From Anolis carolinensis (taxonomy: Eukaryota), in assembly GCF_035594765.1 (NCBI RefSeq), contig NC_085845.1:167416897-167480896 (forward strand): DNA of 64,000 nucleotides. The letters are read 5' to 3'. Below the pieces are notes generated by a model. It was not told where the DNA came from and did not search any database. It was given only the letters and a program-made list of their open reading frames with translations. Shown here piece after piece: positions 13,552-25,278 of this stretch (position 1 is the first letter of the stretch; each line of letters begins with the position of its first letter). The translations under genes were made by a program, and so were the position numbers.

Positions 13552-13751
13552 TATGAGGTATAACCAATAGGCCTATTTTAAATATTAATTCTCAAGCAAC
13601 TAGAAACCGTTTTACCCGGCATCTACCAATACCCATGGGTTGCCAGTTAACTGAGAGTGTGCAGTATTGAAGAACGTGTCTTTTGGCATGTGCGGTGTCC
13701 CTTCAATAAACTGATAAAAAACATCATCGGCCAGGAATATTATTTTGTTTG

Positions 13752-14110
13752 TGTTGTCAAAGGCTTTCATGGCCAGAATCACGGGGTTGCTGTGAGTTTT
13801 CTAGGCTGTGTGGCCATGTTCCAGAAGCATTCTCTCCTGATGTTTCACCCACATCTATGACAGGCATCCTCAGAGGTTTTGAGGTATATTGGAAACTAGG
13901 CAAGTGGGGTTTATATATCTGGAATGTTCAGGGTGAGAGAAAGATCTCTTATCTGTCTGAGGCAAGTGTGAATGTAGCAACTGACCATTTTGATTAGCAT
14001 TGAATGGCCTTTCAGCTTCAAAGCCTGGCTGCTTCCTGCCTGAGGCAATCCTTTGTTGGGAGGTGCTAACTGGCCCTGATTGTTTCTTGTCTGAAATTCC
14101 CCTCTTTTCA
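13752..14110 (-). mobile_element. Penelope-like retroelement terminal (pLTR-like) fragment with hammerhead-like motif
   Basis: same family as ~16225, 18527, 21465, 21830, 22575, 24260, 24862 and 62081; minus strand CCTCTGAGGATGCCTGTCATAGATGTGGGTGAAACATCAGG. Confidence 0.65.
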
Positions 14111-14468
14111 GAGCAAATAAATTAAAGAAAAGGTTGGCTCAGAGTGGAAACAGAGACAGTGCATGAAAAGAATCATTAAAAGTCTATAAAAAGGCTGATT
14201 TACAAAAAGGGAAGTACAGTAGCATTATTTTGTTGCAAGGAGAGCTATTTGGGGACACCTATAACAGTAAAGGCTACAAACTCTCGATTTTAAAGGTGCT
14301 ACAGTTGCCACGATAAAGGCTCAGAAGGAGCTACTGTTTCCCATGTCAATTTCAGGCTCGCTTTGTGGGATGCAAACCACTTTATTTCTATGAGAGCAAA
14401 GCGACTCTTCCCTGGAGGAAGTTTTGGGTCTGAAAAGAAAGGCTTGTCCCAGTTAAAGTGGTATAGAT

Positions 14469-14602
14469 TAGGCATGGGCAAACTTTGGCCCTCCAGGTGT
14501 TGTGGACTTCAACTCCCACCATTCCTAACAGCCTGCTGGCTGTTAGGAATGGTGGGAGTTGAAGTCCACAACACCCGGAGGGCCAAAGTTTGCCCATGCC
14601 TG
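14469..14602. mobile_element. palindromic hAT MITE with 8-bp TSD
   Basis: near-perfect 134-bp inverted repeat; TSD GTATAGAT at 14461-14468 and 14603-14610. Confidence 0.9.
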
Positions 14603-14694
14603 GTATAGATGCACCCTGAGATGGCTCCACTCTCAGGTATGAACCTGTTTGCTAGTTTATACACAATGAACGGGTAGGTATTCATATGTACATA

Positions 14695-14880
14695 TTATTC
14701 AATGGGATTGTTACAGGCTCCGACATTAGCGGTGGCTCTTAAAGAGAGCCTTTGGGTTCTTTCTTTAGCGGCGCGCGCCTGTATTTAGACTCCAGCCCTC
14801 TCTGCCTTCTGATTGGCTGGAACGAAGAGCGTCGATTTCTCATTGGAGAATGCCCGGGTTTCAAAACTCGCGCGCTTTTG
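14695..14880 (-). pseudogene. histone gene remnant: promoter fused directly to 3' stem-loop, coding region absent
   Basis: minus strand: CCAAT (14842-14846), CCAAT (14812-14816), TATA-like TCTAAATA (14782-14789), then AACCCAAA-GGCTCTCTTTAAGAGCC-ACC (14734-14750), then a flank matching the H3 3' flank. Confidence 0.75.
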
Positions 14881-15139
14881 CCTGCGGGGAGAAAGGCACC
14901 GCCTCGATTTCCGCCAATTTCTCTTGCTTGAAAAACAAAACAGGCGCCCGGGTTTAATCCCTAATCGGGGCTGTGCTTGAAAGCCGCTTTTGGGATTGAT
15001 TGTTTAGAGCCATTCCTTCTACACTCCTTTCTCTCTGTGTGTGTGTGTGTCTCTCTCCCCCCACATCAATTTAAAGCTTTATACTATGTATAGGTTGAAA
15101 AATACTGGCCAGAAGGGACAAAGGTACTGATGAGCGGAT

Positions 15140-15168
15140 GGATATAACAACAACAACAACAACAACAA

Positions 15169-15218
<50 letters not shown>

Positions 15219-15650
15219 ATTATAATAATATATTATAGATCATCGTGGATATATTAATAGTAAATATAATACAATATAAATATTATATAAATAATAATAA
15301 TAAATTATATATTATTATTGATACAATAGTAGTAATAATAATACCATATTATTATTATTATTATTATTATTGACACAACAACATTATATGACACAGCAAA
15401 CAAGATAGATATGCTGGATTTCGTATCACAAAATCACAAGTCGAACACTTTCCAAGTGTCTAGGACTGTGTGATGATGATGATGCGTGCAGATCCCAGTA
15501 GGATGGCCCTTTGCAGTTATTATATTATTATTATTATTTTATGACACAGCAAACAAGATAGATATGCTGGATTTCATATCACAAAATCACAAGTCGAACA
15601 CTTCCCAAGTGTCTAGGACTGTGTGATGTATTTTCGGATGATGCGTGCAG

Positions 15651-15697
<47 letters not shown>

Positions 15698-15782
15698 GAA
15701 GTATTCAACGAGACGTGTGATCCAATACAACAGCCAGCATAATGATCTTGTTTGCTGTGTACTAATTTACTTGTGTATCAAA
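15140..15782 (-). mobile_element. (TAA)n/(CAA)n microsatellite field with tandem 3' ends of an R4/Dong-like non-LTR element
   Basis: repeated TATGACACAGCAAACAAGATAGATATGCTGGATTT unit at ~15387 and ~15540; minus strand reads approximately AILLGSARII..IT, like the C-terminus of R4/Dong elements, a clade known to target TAA repeats. Confidence 0.55.
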
Positions 15783-15784
15783 TA

Positions 15785-16098
15785 CAGTAGAGTCTCATTT
15801 ATCCAAGACTCGCTTATCCAAGGTTCTGGATTATCCAAGCCATTTTTGTAGTCAGTTTTCAATATATCGTGATATTTTGGTGCTAAATTCGTAACTACAG
15901 TAATTACAACATAACATGACTGCGTACTGAACTACCTTTTCTGTCAAATTTGTTGTATAACATGATGTTTTGATGCTTAATTTGTAAAATCATAACTTAA
16001 TTTGATAGGCTTTTCCTTAATCCCTCCTTATTATCCAAGATATTTGCTTATCCAAGGTTCTGCTGGCCCGTTTAGCTTGGATAAGTGAGAGTCTACTG
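15785..16098. mobile_element. Tc1/mariner (pogo/Tigger-like) MITE
   Basis: TA TSD; TIR CAGTAGAGTCTCA(C/T)TTATCCAA. Confidence 0.88.
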
Positions 16099-16679
16099 TA
16101 ATAATAAAAATAAATACTAATATTAGCGGGTTTTGCTTCATTGTAACGTTTATAAACTTCGGGACAAGGTCCCGCTGAATTTAATAGGGCTTCCTCTGAA
16201 CAGTGCTGAAAAGCCTATGGCTATCGAAGCCTTTCATGGCCGGAATCACTGGATTGCTGTGAGTTTTCCAGATGGTAAGACCATGTTTCAGAAGCATTCC
16301 CTCCTGACGTTTCGCCCACATCTATGGCAGGTATCCTTAGAGACGAAATACAGCACGGGAAAACTCACAGCAACCCAGTCCATAGCTAGTTTAGTCCATT
16401 GAGTTCAACAAACCTTCCTCTGAAGACTGAATGCACCTAAGACGATGAAGAGACCCTTTGCTACAGCGTTGCTCATTTTGGGGGCTGCTGTCGAATGAAC
16501 ACCTCTTGACACCTCTTTGCTACGGAATCCTGGGCTTTGTCGTTTGGTCAGGCACCAGTGGAAGTAGGGTCAAACTGCCCACAGCAGGCATGGGCCAACC
16601 TGGGCCTCCGAAGGGGCTCCTGGTGCGCTTTGCCGGGGCCTCGCCTGATTAGCAATGGTGCCTCTCCTGACTGGCAGCC

Positions 16680-17128
16680 TGTGTTACCTCCGTCCCTTCA
16701 AAGCCCACTCGCGGCCACGAGAGGGGCTCCACGGGCTCGCTTTCCACCCTGGCTCCGAGGGCACAGTCCAGAGGAGCCCCCTGCATGGGTCCCGCGTGGG
16801 TTTTGCCCCACCAAGAGCTCGAATTTAAAAAGAAAAACAAAACTTTCCCTCCGTGGAGGTGCCCTGGGATCCTGCGGGAGCGGCTCGGGAGCCCTTTTGG
16901 GAGCGATCCCCTCCACGGATCCCTCCCAGGCGCGAACCCCACGCAGGGGACCCCTCGCCCTCGAGTGGCGTGGAAAGATTAGGTGTTTTGGTGCCCTTTT
17001 TGGCGAGAAATCGGCACTTTATTCCCTCCAAAGAAACACAACCTGAAAGGCCGGCGGAGCGCCTTGTTGCCGGCGAGGGGGCGTGGCCGAGCGCGGGCCA
17101 ATCAGGAAGCGGCGCCGCTCTATAAATA
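16680..17128 (+). promoter_or_regulatory. histone H1 promoter: TG box, H1/AC box, GC box, CCAAT, TATA
   Basis: TGTGTTA 16680-16686; AAACACA 17034-17040; GGGGCGTGGC ~17078; CCAAT 17098-17102; TATAAATA 17121-17128. Confidence 0.9.
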
Positions 17129-17189
17129 AGCGGCGCCTGACCTAGTTGGGCTCACTTGGAAGTGTCGTTCCGTGCTGAGAGAGAGAGTC

Positions 17190-17882
17190 ATGTCTGAGAC
17201 CGCTCCCGCCGCTTCGGCGACAGCTTCGGCTGCCGCCTCGGCCCCAGTGGCCGCGCCGAAAGCGCCGGCGAAGAAGGCGAAGAAAGCGGCCGCCAAGCCG
17301 CGCAAGGCTTCGGGCCCCAGCGTCACCGAGCTGCTCACCAAGGCGGTGTCGGCCTCCAAGGAGCGCAAAGGCGTCTCTCTGGCGGCGCTGAAGAAGGCCT
17401 TGGCGGCCGGCGGGTATGACGTGGAGAAGAACAACAGCCGCATCAAGCTGGGCCTCAAGAGCCTGGTGAGCAAGGGCACGCTGGTGCACACCAAAGGCAT
17501 CGGCGCCTCGGGCTCCTTCAAGATCGGGAAGAAAGCCGAGGGCGGCGCGAAGGAGAAGGCGGCGGCGCCCAAGAGGAAGGCCCCCGCCAAGGCCAAGGCC
17601 GCCCGGAAGCCCGCCGCCAAGGCCAAGAAGCCCAAGAAGGCCGCCTCCGCCTCCAAGAGCCCTAAGAAGAGCCCCAAGAAGCCCAAGAAGCCCGCCGCCA
17701 AGAAGGCCGCCGCCGCTAAGAGCCCCAAGAAGGCCAAGCCTGTCAAGCCCAAGAAGGTGGCCAAGAGCCCCGCCAAGGCCCGGCCAGCCAAGCCCAAGGC
17801 GGCCAAGCCCAAGGCGGCGGGGAAGGCCAAGGCGGCCGGCGGGAAGGGCCAAGGCAAGCGGGCGGCGCCCAAGAGGAAGTAG
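17190..17882 (+). CDS. H1: linker histone H1 (replication-dependent), 230 aa
   Basis: MSETAPAA..., globular domain [55 protein letters not shown], Lys/Ala tail with SPKK motifs; intronless. Confidence 0.97.
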   Translation: MSETAPAASATASAAASAPVAAPKAPAKKAKKAAAKPRKASGPSVTELLTKAVSASKERKGVSLAALKKALAAGGYDVEKNNSRIKLGLKSLVSKGTLVHTKGIGASGSFKIGKKAEGGAKEKAAAPKRKAPAKAKAARKPAAKAKKPKKAASASKSPKKSPKKPKKPAAKKAAAAKSPKKAKPVKPKKVAKSPAKARPAKPKAAKPKAAGKAKAAGGKGQGKRAAPKRK

Positions 17883-17939
17883 ACCCTCTCGCCTGCCTGC
17901 CTTCCTTCCTTCCTTCTGCCGCTCCCACCAAAACCCAAA

Positions 17940-17980
17940 GGCTCTTTTAAGAGCCACCCACTCCCTCAGGAAAAGAGCTG
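17940..17980 (+). terminator. histone 3' stem-loop and U7 HDE (H1)
   Basis: GGCTCTTTTAAGAGCC 17940-17955, ACCCA, AAAAGAGCTG 17971-17980. Confidence 0.95.
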
Positions 17981-18841
17981 TTCTCCCTTTTCCGGGTGCC
18001 CACTGGGCAACATCCATTCCAAATCCGAGCACTTAGACCAGGCATGAGGCTGTTAAGAATGGTGAGAGCTGAAGTCCAAAACTCCTAGAGCAGTGGTTCT
18101 CAACCTGGAATCTCCAGATGCTTTTGGTCTACAGCTCTCAGAAATCCCATCCAGTTTACCAGCTGTTAGGATTTCTGGGAGCTGAAGGCCAAAAACATTT
18201 GGGGACCCCAGGTTGAGAACCACTGGCCTACAGGCAAGGCCATAGCCAGAAACAAAATTTCAGGGGGGATTTAAACTTTTTTTAAAGCGAATCATGAAGA
18301 ATAGTTCCATAAGGCAAAATAATTTAGATATCGGGCTCCATTGATAAACTTCAGTGGACACTCAAGGCAGATAAACTCCAGTGTACATTTGTGGGGATTT
18401 GGTTAACCAGTTTAAATTAATGAGTAAACCAAGCTTTTTAAAAACTTGAACAATTTCAGGAGGGGGGGTTGGACCCCTAACACTCCCCCCCCCCCCACTA
18501 CAGCCCTGAGACCAGGTATGGGCAAACTATGGCAGGCATCCTCAGAGGTTGTGAGGTGTTGGAAACTAGGCAAGTGGGGTTTATATATCTGGGGAATGTC
18601 CAGGGTGGGAGAAAGAATTCTGTTTGAGGTGGGTGTGAATGTTTCAGTTTGCTGCCTTGATTAGCATTGAATAGCTTTTCAGCTTCAAGGTCTGGCTGCT
18701 TACTGCCTTGGGGGAATCCTTTGTTGGTAAGTGTTAGCTGGTCCAGTGCAGGAACAACTATCATGTCAGATGACACAGAGAAGCCATTGGGCTGGGGTAG
18801 GAAGAATTGATTCACATTTCAGTTAGCTGGTAGTTAAATTG

Positions 18842-19150
18842 TTAACTTTTGGATCCAGTCATCATCTGGCGGATTTTAAGTCCTACTACACAAAACTTGG
18901 CAGCTTTGTAGGTTATAATATGGTTGGTATCTGAGAGCAGGAGGGTGGAGTAAAATTGTCCTGAACGGCCTGGGTAATTATATAGCAAAGGCAGGATGAG
19001 TTTGGATCTAATGTCCCTGTAGAACAGGCACCAGAGGAGCACATGCTCAGTTGCTTCTATTTGACCCGAGTTGCAGGGGCAGAGTCTCTCTGGGTAAGGG
19101 GGTCTTCTAGTATCGGCCCTGGAGTACAGCTGATGGAAGGGCGTGACATA
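18842..19150 (-). mobile_element. non-LTR retrotransposon 3' fragment (CCHC zinc knuckle)
   Basis: PYPERLCPCNSGQIEATEHVLLWCLFYRDIR, a C-x-C...H...C knuckle typical of LINE ORF2 ends. Confidence 0.6.
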
Positions 19151-19290
19151 TGTCACTACATATGTCATACTATATGTCAAATCAGTATCTGTGTTTGGTG
19201 GAAGTTTTTTATTTGTGTTTTTATCTATGTAAGTTATTGTACACATTTCATGTTCATATAGTATCATATTGTGTCAATACAATGCAAATA

Positions 19291-19570
19291 GGAGCCATAG
19301 TATCGCAATGGGTTAAACCCTTGTGCCAGCTGGACTGCTGACCCAAAGGTTGGGATGCTGACCTGAAGGTTGCCAGTTTTAATCAGCAAGATGGGGTGAG
19401 CTCCTGTCTGTCAGCTCTAGCTTGTGGGAACATGAGAGAAGCCTCCCAGCAGGATGGTATCACATCTGGGCGTCCCTTGGGTAACGTCTCTGTGGACAGC
19501 CAATTCTCTCACACCAGAAGCTACTTTCAGTATGTTCTCAAGAGGGTTCTGACACGATTTTTTAAAAAAT
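19291..19570 (+). mobile_element. tRNA-headed SINE ending CTGACACG
   Basis: GGAGCC...GGGTTAAACCC head; same family on the minus strand at ~51458-51680. Confidence 0.65.
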
Positions 19571-19744
19571 ACAATGCAAATCAAAACTCACGATTCAAAT
19601 ATATTTAAAAGCTGCGAATGGGAACATGTGAGCATGTCTGAGTGTAAATGAATGCAGAATAACCACAAGGGAATTTCACTGGGAAATCTTGTCTCTCGGG
19701 ATGTATCGCTAGCACTTTCTGCTAGGAGGACTGGCTGCCCAATG

Positions 19745-20115
19745 ATGGAAGGAAAGAAGGAAGGGAAGAAAGAAGGAAAAAGAGGAAGAGATGGATGGAA
19801 GGAAGGGAAGGCTAAAGGAAAAAGAAGGAAGGAGAAAGAAGGAAAGAGGAAAGGAAGAAGGAAAAAGAAGAGGAAGAGATGGCTGGGTGGAAGGAAAAGA
19901 GAAAGGAAAAAAGGAAGGAGAAAGAGGGAGAGAGGGGAGAAAAGAAGGGCGAAAGGAGGGAAGGGAAGGATGGAAGGAGAAAGCGAGGGAAGGAAGGAAC
20001 GAAAAGGTGGGAGAAAGGGAGTTAAGGAAGGGAGGGAAGAGAGGAAGGACGGACGGACGAAAGGGTGGAAGGGAAGGAGAAAAAGGGAGGGAAGGAGGAA
20101 AGAAAGAAGGATAGG
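19745..20115. repeat. polypurine (GGAA/GAAA-rich) low-complexity tract
   Basis: ~370 nt almost entirely A/G on the + strand. Confidence 0.9.
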
Positions 20116-20639
20116 ATGGTGTGAGAGAGGAGGGCCTGAGAAAAGAGCCCAAGGGGGCGCATCCGGTCCCGGGCTTCCCCATTCCTGGATTAGATAGACG
20201 ACCAAATGTGGGAGCAAACGAGAGACAAAAAGCCCTTCAGGATCGTGGTATTTTATCTCCTGAACACGAACGTGGGTAAGGCATTCTTCAGGGCTCATAG
20301 CAAACTGTCCCCAAAAGTATAGATTGGATACTATGTGCCATTGAGCCCTGCAGGAATTACTCAAGAGGAAATGCGTCCCAGGAAATAACCGCGTCCCGCT
20401 TTAAGACTCTCCCCAAAAGTTGTCTTACTCTCAAGTACCAATAAGAGGTGTTTCACATTCCCGCGTTTTTCCTTACATTGCGCGCAATGGCAAATCTATA
20501 TCGCGGAGGGTTTCATTTAAAATCCAGTCCTAGACCCGTATCGCTGATGTCAAAGAAATGTCAAGCGCGCATATTTTTGTCAATGAACGCGCCTTTCGAT
20601 CGTGTCCAATGCCTGGTCTCCTCTCCAGGCTGGTGTGAC

Positions 20640-21237
<598 letters not shown>

Positions 21238-21286
21238 GGCCCCCCGAGAAGGAAGGAAGGAAGGCAGGCCGCGCACTGAACCCAAA

Positions 21287-21326
21287 GGCTCTTTTAAGAG
21301 CCACCCACCGCTTCAGGAAAGAGCTG
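21287..21326 (+). terminator. histone 3' stem-loop and HDE (H2B)
   Basis: GGCTCTTTTAAGAGCC 21287-21302, ACCCA, AAAGAGCTG 21318-21326. Confidence 0.95.
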
Positions 21327-22574
21327 GCGTCACCTTCGTTGCTGTTGTGCCTTCAAGCTAATCATGAGGCTGAGAGTGTGTGACTCCCAAGGCCCCATTC
21401 ACACTGCCATGTAAATCCAACTCCCAGAATGAGCCATTCCAAGTGCCAAACAATATTAACATTGTGTTGCTGTGAGTTTTCTGAGCTGTGGCCATGTTCC
21501 AGAAGCATTCTCTCCTGATGCTTCGCCCACATCTATGGCAAGCATCCTCAGAGGTTGAGGTCTGTTGGAAACTAGGCAAGTGGGGTTTATATGTCTGAAT
21601 GTTTCAATTGGCCACCTTGATTAGCATTGAATAGCCTTTCAGCTTCAAGGCCTGGCTGCTTGCTGCCTGGAGGAATCCTTTGTTGGGAGGTGTTAGCTGG
21701 CCCTGGTTGTTGTGCCTTCAAGTTAATCATGGGGCTGAGAGTGTGACTCCCAAGGCCCCATTCACAGTGCCATGTAAATCCAACTCCCAGAATCTCAGTA
21801 TTGAGCCATGCCAAGTGCAAACAGGGATTCCAGACATGAATTAATCAGAACCAGCTTATTTGTTTATCATGTCAAAAGCGAACCAAGAGTACAAGTTGCA
21901 ATGTTGCAAACACAGTTAAAAAAAAAACAGGCATTATACTAAAGGGCCAGCTAACACCTCCCAACAAAGGATTCCCCCAGGCAGGAAGCAGCCAGACATT
22001 GAAGATGCAAGGCTGTTCAATGCTAATCAAGGTGGTAAATTGCAACAGTCACACTTACCTCAGGCAGACAAGAGTTCTTTCTCCCACCCTGAACATTACA
22101 CAGATATATAAACCCAACTTATCTTGTTCCCAACAGACCTCACAAAAGCATTGATACTATGTAGGTGTATGGATTGTTACTGAATTTTAAAGTTATTCTC
22201 CCCCGCCTTGGCTAATTGAAAGATATGCAGGCAAGTTGCCTCCCTTAGCAGACAAGCCTGCCACGTTATTCATTTTTTTTAATTAACAAGACGAAATAAT
22301 ACTGTAATACATGCATATAAAAAAGCAAGAGCGTCTGGTTATTTGCAGAAAATTAGTATTGAACCAAAGCTGCGTAGCGAAAAGGATTTACAATTTTGAA
22401 ATACCCGCCTTTTGCTGTGATTGGTCCACTCGAGGAGGTTCCCCGGCGCTTTTTATCCAATAGCTGTGTTCGAAAGGGACTGATTTCCCTTTATGATCTT
22501 TTACATATTACATTCACAGACGTTCATATATTTTAAAAGCTAAAATCGTGATTATTGAGTAACCTACGAAATAT

Positions 22575-22866
22575 TGGGTTGCTATGAGTTTTGTGAGCTG
22601 TCTGGACATTTTCCAGAAGCATTTTTTTCTGACATTTCGCCCGCATCTATGGCAGGCATCCTCAGAGGTTGTGAGGTCTGTTGGAAAGTCGGCAAGTGGG
22701 GTTTATATATCTGTGGGATGCCTAAGTTGGGAGAAAGAACTCTTGTCTGTTTGAGGCAAGTGTGAATGTTGCAATTGGCCAGCTTGATTAGCATTGAATG
22801 ATCTTTCAGCTTCAACGTCTGGCTGCTTCCTGCATGGGGGAATCCTTTGTTGGGTGGCGTTAGCTA
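22575..22866 (-). mobile_element. Penelope-like terminal fragment with the best-preserved hammerhead core
   Basis: minus strand CCT-CTGAGGA-T-GCCTGC-CATAGAT-GCGGGC-GAAA-TG-TC-AG (22628-22668). Confidence 0.65.
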
Positions 22867-23074
22867 AAATATAGTCTTTCAAAAGCGGCTTTACTGTTCT
22901 AACTCCAATTCACACAGCACTTGATAGATTATTATTTAAATAATATTAAAATAATAATATTTCGATAATAATCCTTATTATTTGAATTATTTAAATAGGA
23001 GGGTGATGTTTAAGATGCATAAGAATAGAACTTGTTTTTTCTCCCTCCGCAGTCCTATTTCCTTATTCTAAATA

Positions 23075-23398
23075 CAGTAGAGTCTCACTTATCCAAGACT
23101 CGCTTATCCAAGGTTCTGAATTATCCAGGGCATTTTTGTAGTCAATGTTTTCAATATATTATATTTTGGTGCTAAATTCGTAAATGCAGTAATTACAACA
23201 TAACATTACTGCGTATTGAACTACTTTTTCTATCAAATTTGTTGTATGACATGATGTTTTGGTGCTTGATTTGTAAAATCATAACCTAATTTGATGTTTA
23301 ATAGGCTTTTCCTTAATCCCTCCTTATTATCCAAGATATTCGCTTATCCAACCAAGGTTCTGCCGGCCCGTTTAGCTTGGATAAGTGCGACTCTACTG
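23075..23398. mobile_element. Tc1/mariner MITE
   Basis: TA TSD and CAGTAGAGTC TIRs. Confidence 0.88.
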
Positions 23399-23499
23399 TA
23401 ATGTATTTTGCAAGAAAACGAATGGCTACTTAATGAAAATGCCCGTTCGCTAGCTTTTGTTGTTGAGGCGCTTTGCAAGGAGTTTGCAAGGCAAGAGCG

Positions 23500-24103
<604 letters not shown>

Positions 24104-24142
24104 GGACGGACGCCCCCGTTAGAAAGAATGAACGAACCCAAA

Positions 24143-24183
24143 GGCTCTTTTAAGAGCCACCACTTCCTCGGGCGAAGGAGCTG
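24143..24183 (+). terminator. histone 3' stem-loop and HDE (H3)
   Basis: GGCTCTTTTAAGAGCC 24143-24158; GAAGGAGCTG 24174-24183. Confidence 0.93.
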
Positions 24184-24259
24184 AAGGCGCTTCCCTTTCC
24201 TTTTGTCAGACTCTTAATATTGGGGCCTGTAACAATCTCATTGAAAACTAGTCCAGTCG

Positions 24260-25162
24260 AATGTCCAGGATGGGAGAAAACTGAGGCACGTGTGAATGTT
24301 TCAATGGGCCACCTTGATTAGCATTGAATAGCCTTGCAGCTTCAAGCCTGGGTGCCTACTGCCTCGGAGAATCCTTTGAGAGGGAGGTGTTAGCTGGCCC
24401 TGATTGATTCATGTCTGGAATTCCTGTTTTCTGAGTGGTCTTTATTTACTGTCCTGATTTTAGAATTTTTAAAAATACAGTAAGAGTCTCACTTAAATGG
24501 GTGGCAGAACGTTGGATAAGCAAATATCTTGGATAATAAGGAGGGATTAAGGAAAGGCCTATTAAACATCAAATTAGATCATGATTTTACAAAGTAAGCA
24601 CCAAGACATGTTATATAACGAATTTGACAGAAAAAGTAGTTCAATACGCAGTAATGCTATGTAGTAATAACTATACGAATTTAGCACCAAAATATCACGA
24701 TGTATTGAAAACATTGACTACAAAAATGTGTTGGATAATCCAGAATGTTGGATAAGTGAGACTACTGGTAGCCAGATTTTGTTCAATTTTATGGTTTCCT
24801 CCTTTCTGTTGAAATTGTCCACATTCTTGTGGGTTTCAATGGCTTTGCTGTGTAGTCATAAATCAATCAGGGCCAGCTAACACCTCCCAACAAAGGATTC
24901 CCCCCTCCAGACAATAGCCAGACCTTGAAGTTGAAAGGCCATTCAATGCTAATTAAGATGGGCAATTGCAACATTCACACCTGCCTCAATGTTCTTTCTC
25001 CCACCCTAGACCTTCCACAGATATATAAACCCCACTTGCCTAGTTTCCAACAGTCCTCACAACCTCTGAGGATGTATGCCATAGATGTGGGAAAACGTCA
25101 GGAGAAAATGCTTCTTGAACATGGCCATACAGCCCAGAAAACTCACTACAACCCATTGTGAT
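24260..25162. mobile_element. head-to-head Penelope-like fragments with a nested mariner MITE (24478-24767)
   Basis: minus copy 24260-24860 interrupted by the CAGTA..TACTG MITE; plus copy 24862-25162 with a decayed hammerhead motif at ~25063-25102. Confidence 0.65.
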
Positions 25163-25278
25163 TCATTATATCTGTCTTTGTGCCTTCAAAATGGCCTGTC
25201 GATGTATGGTGGCTTCATGAATTTCATTCGAGAAAGAATCTTTGGAAGTGGCTTTGTGAGTTCCTTCCTCTGAAATAT

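Noticed and set aside
14469-14602. perfect hairpin as a miRNA or structured ncRNA
   Set aside because: hAT MITE with TIRs, an 8-bp TSD and several sister copies.
17120-18032. long antisense ORFs over H1 (272 and 296 aa)
   Set aside because: Shadow frames of a GC-rich, codon-biased histone gene. The same applies to the alternative ORFs over H2B and H3.
19588-20364. Lys/Arg/Gly-rich (protamine-like) and Phe/Leu/Pro-rich ORFs
   Set aside because: Translation of a polypurine low-complexity tract, with no promoter, splice or stem-loop support.
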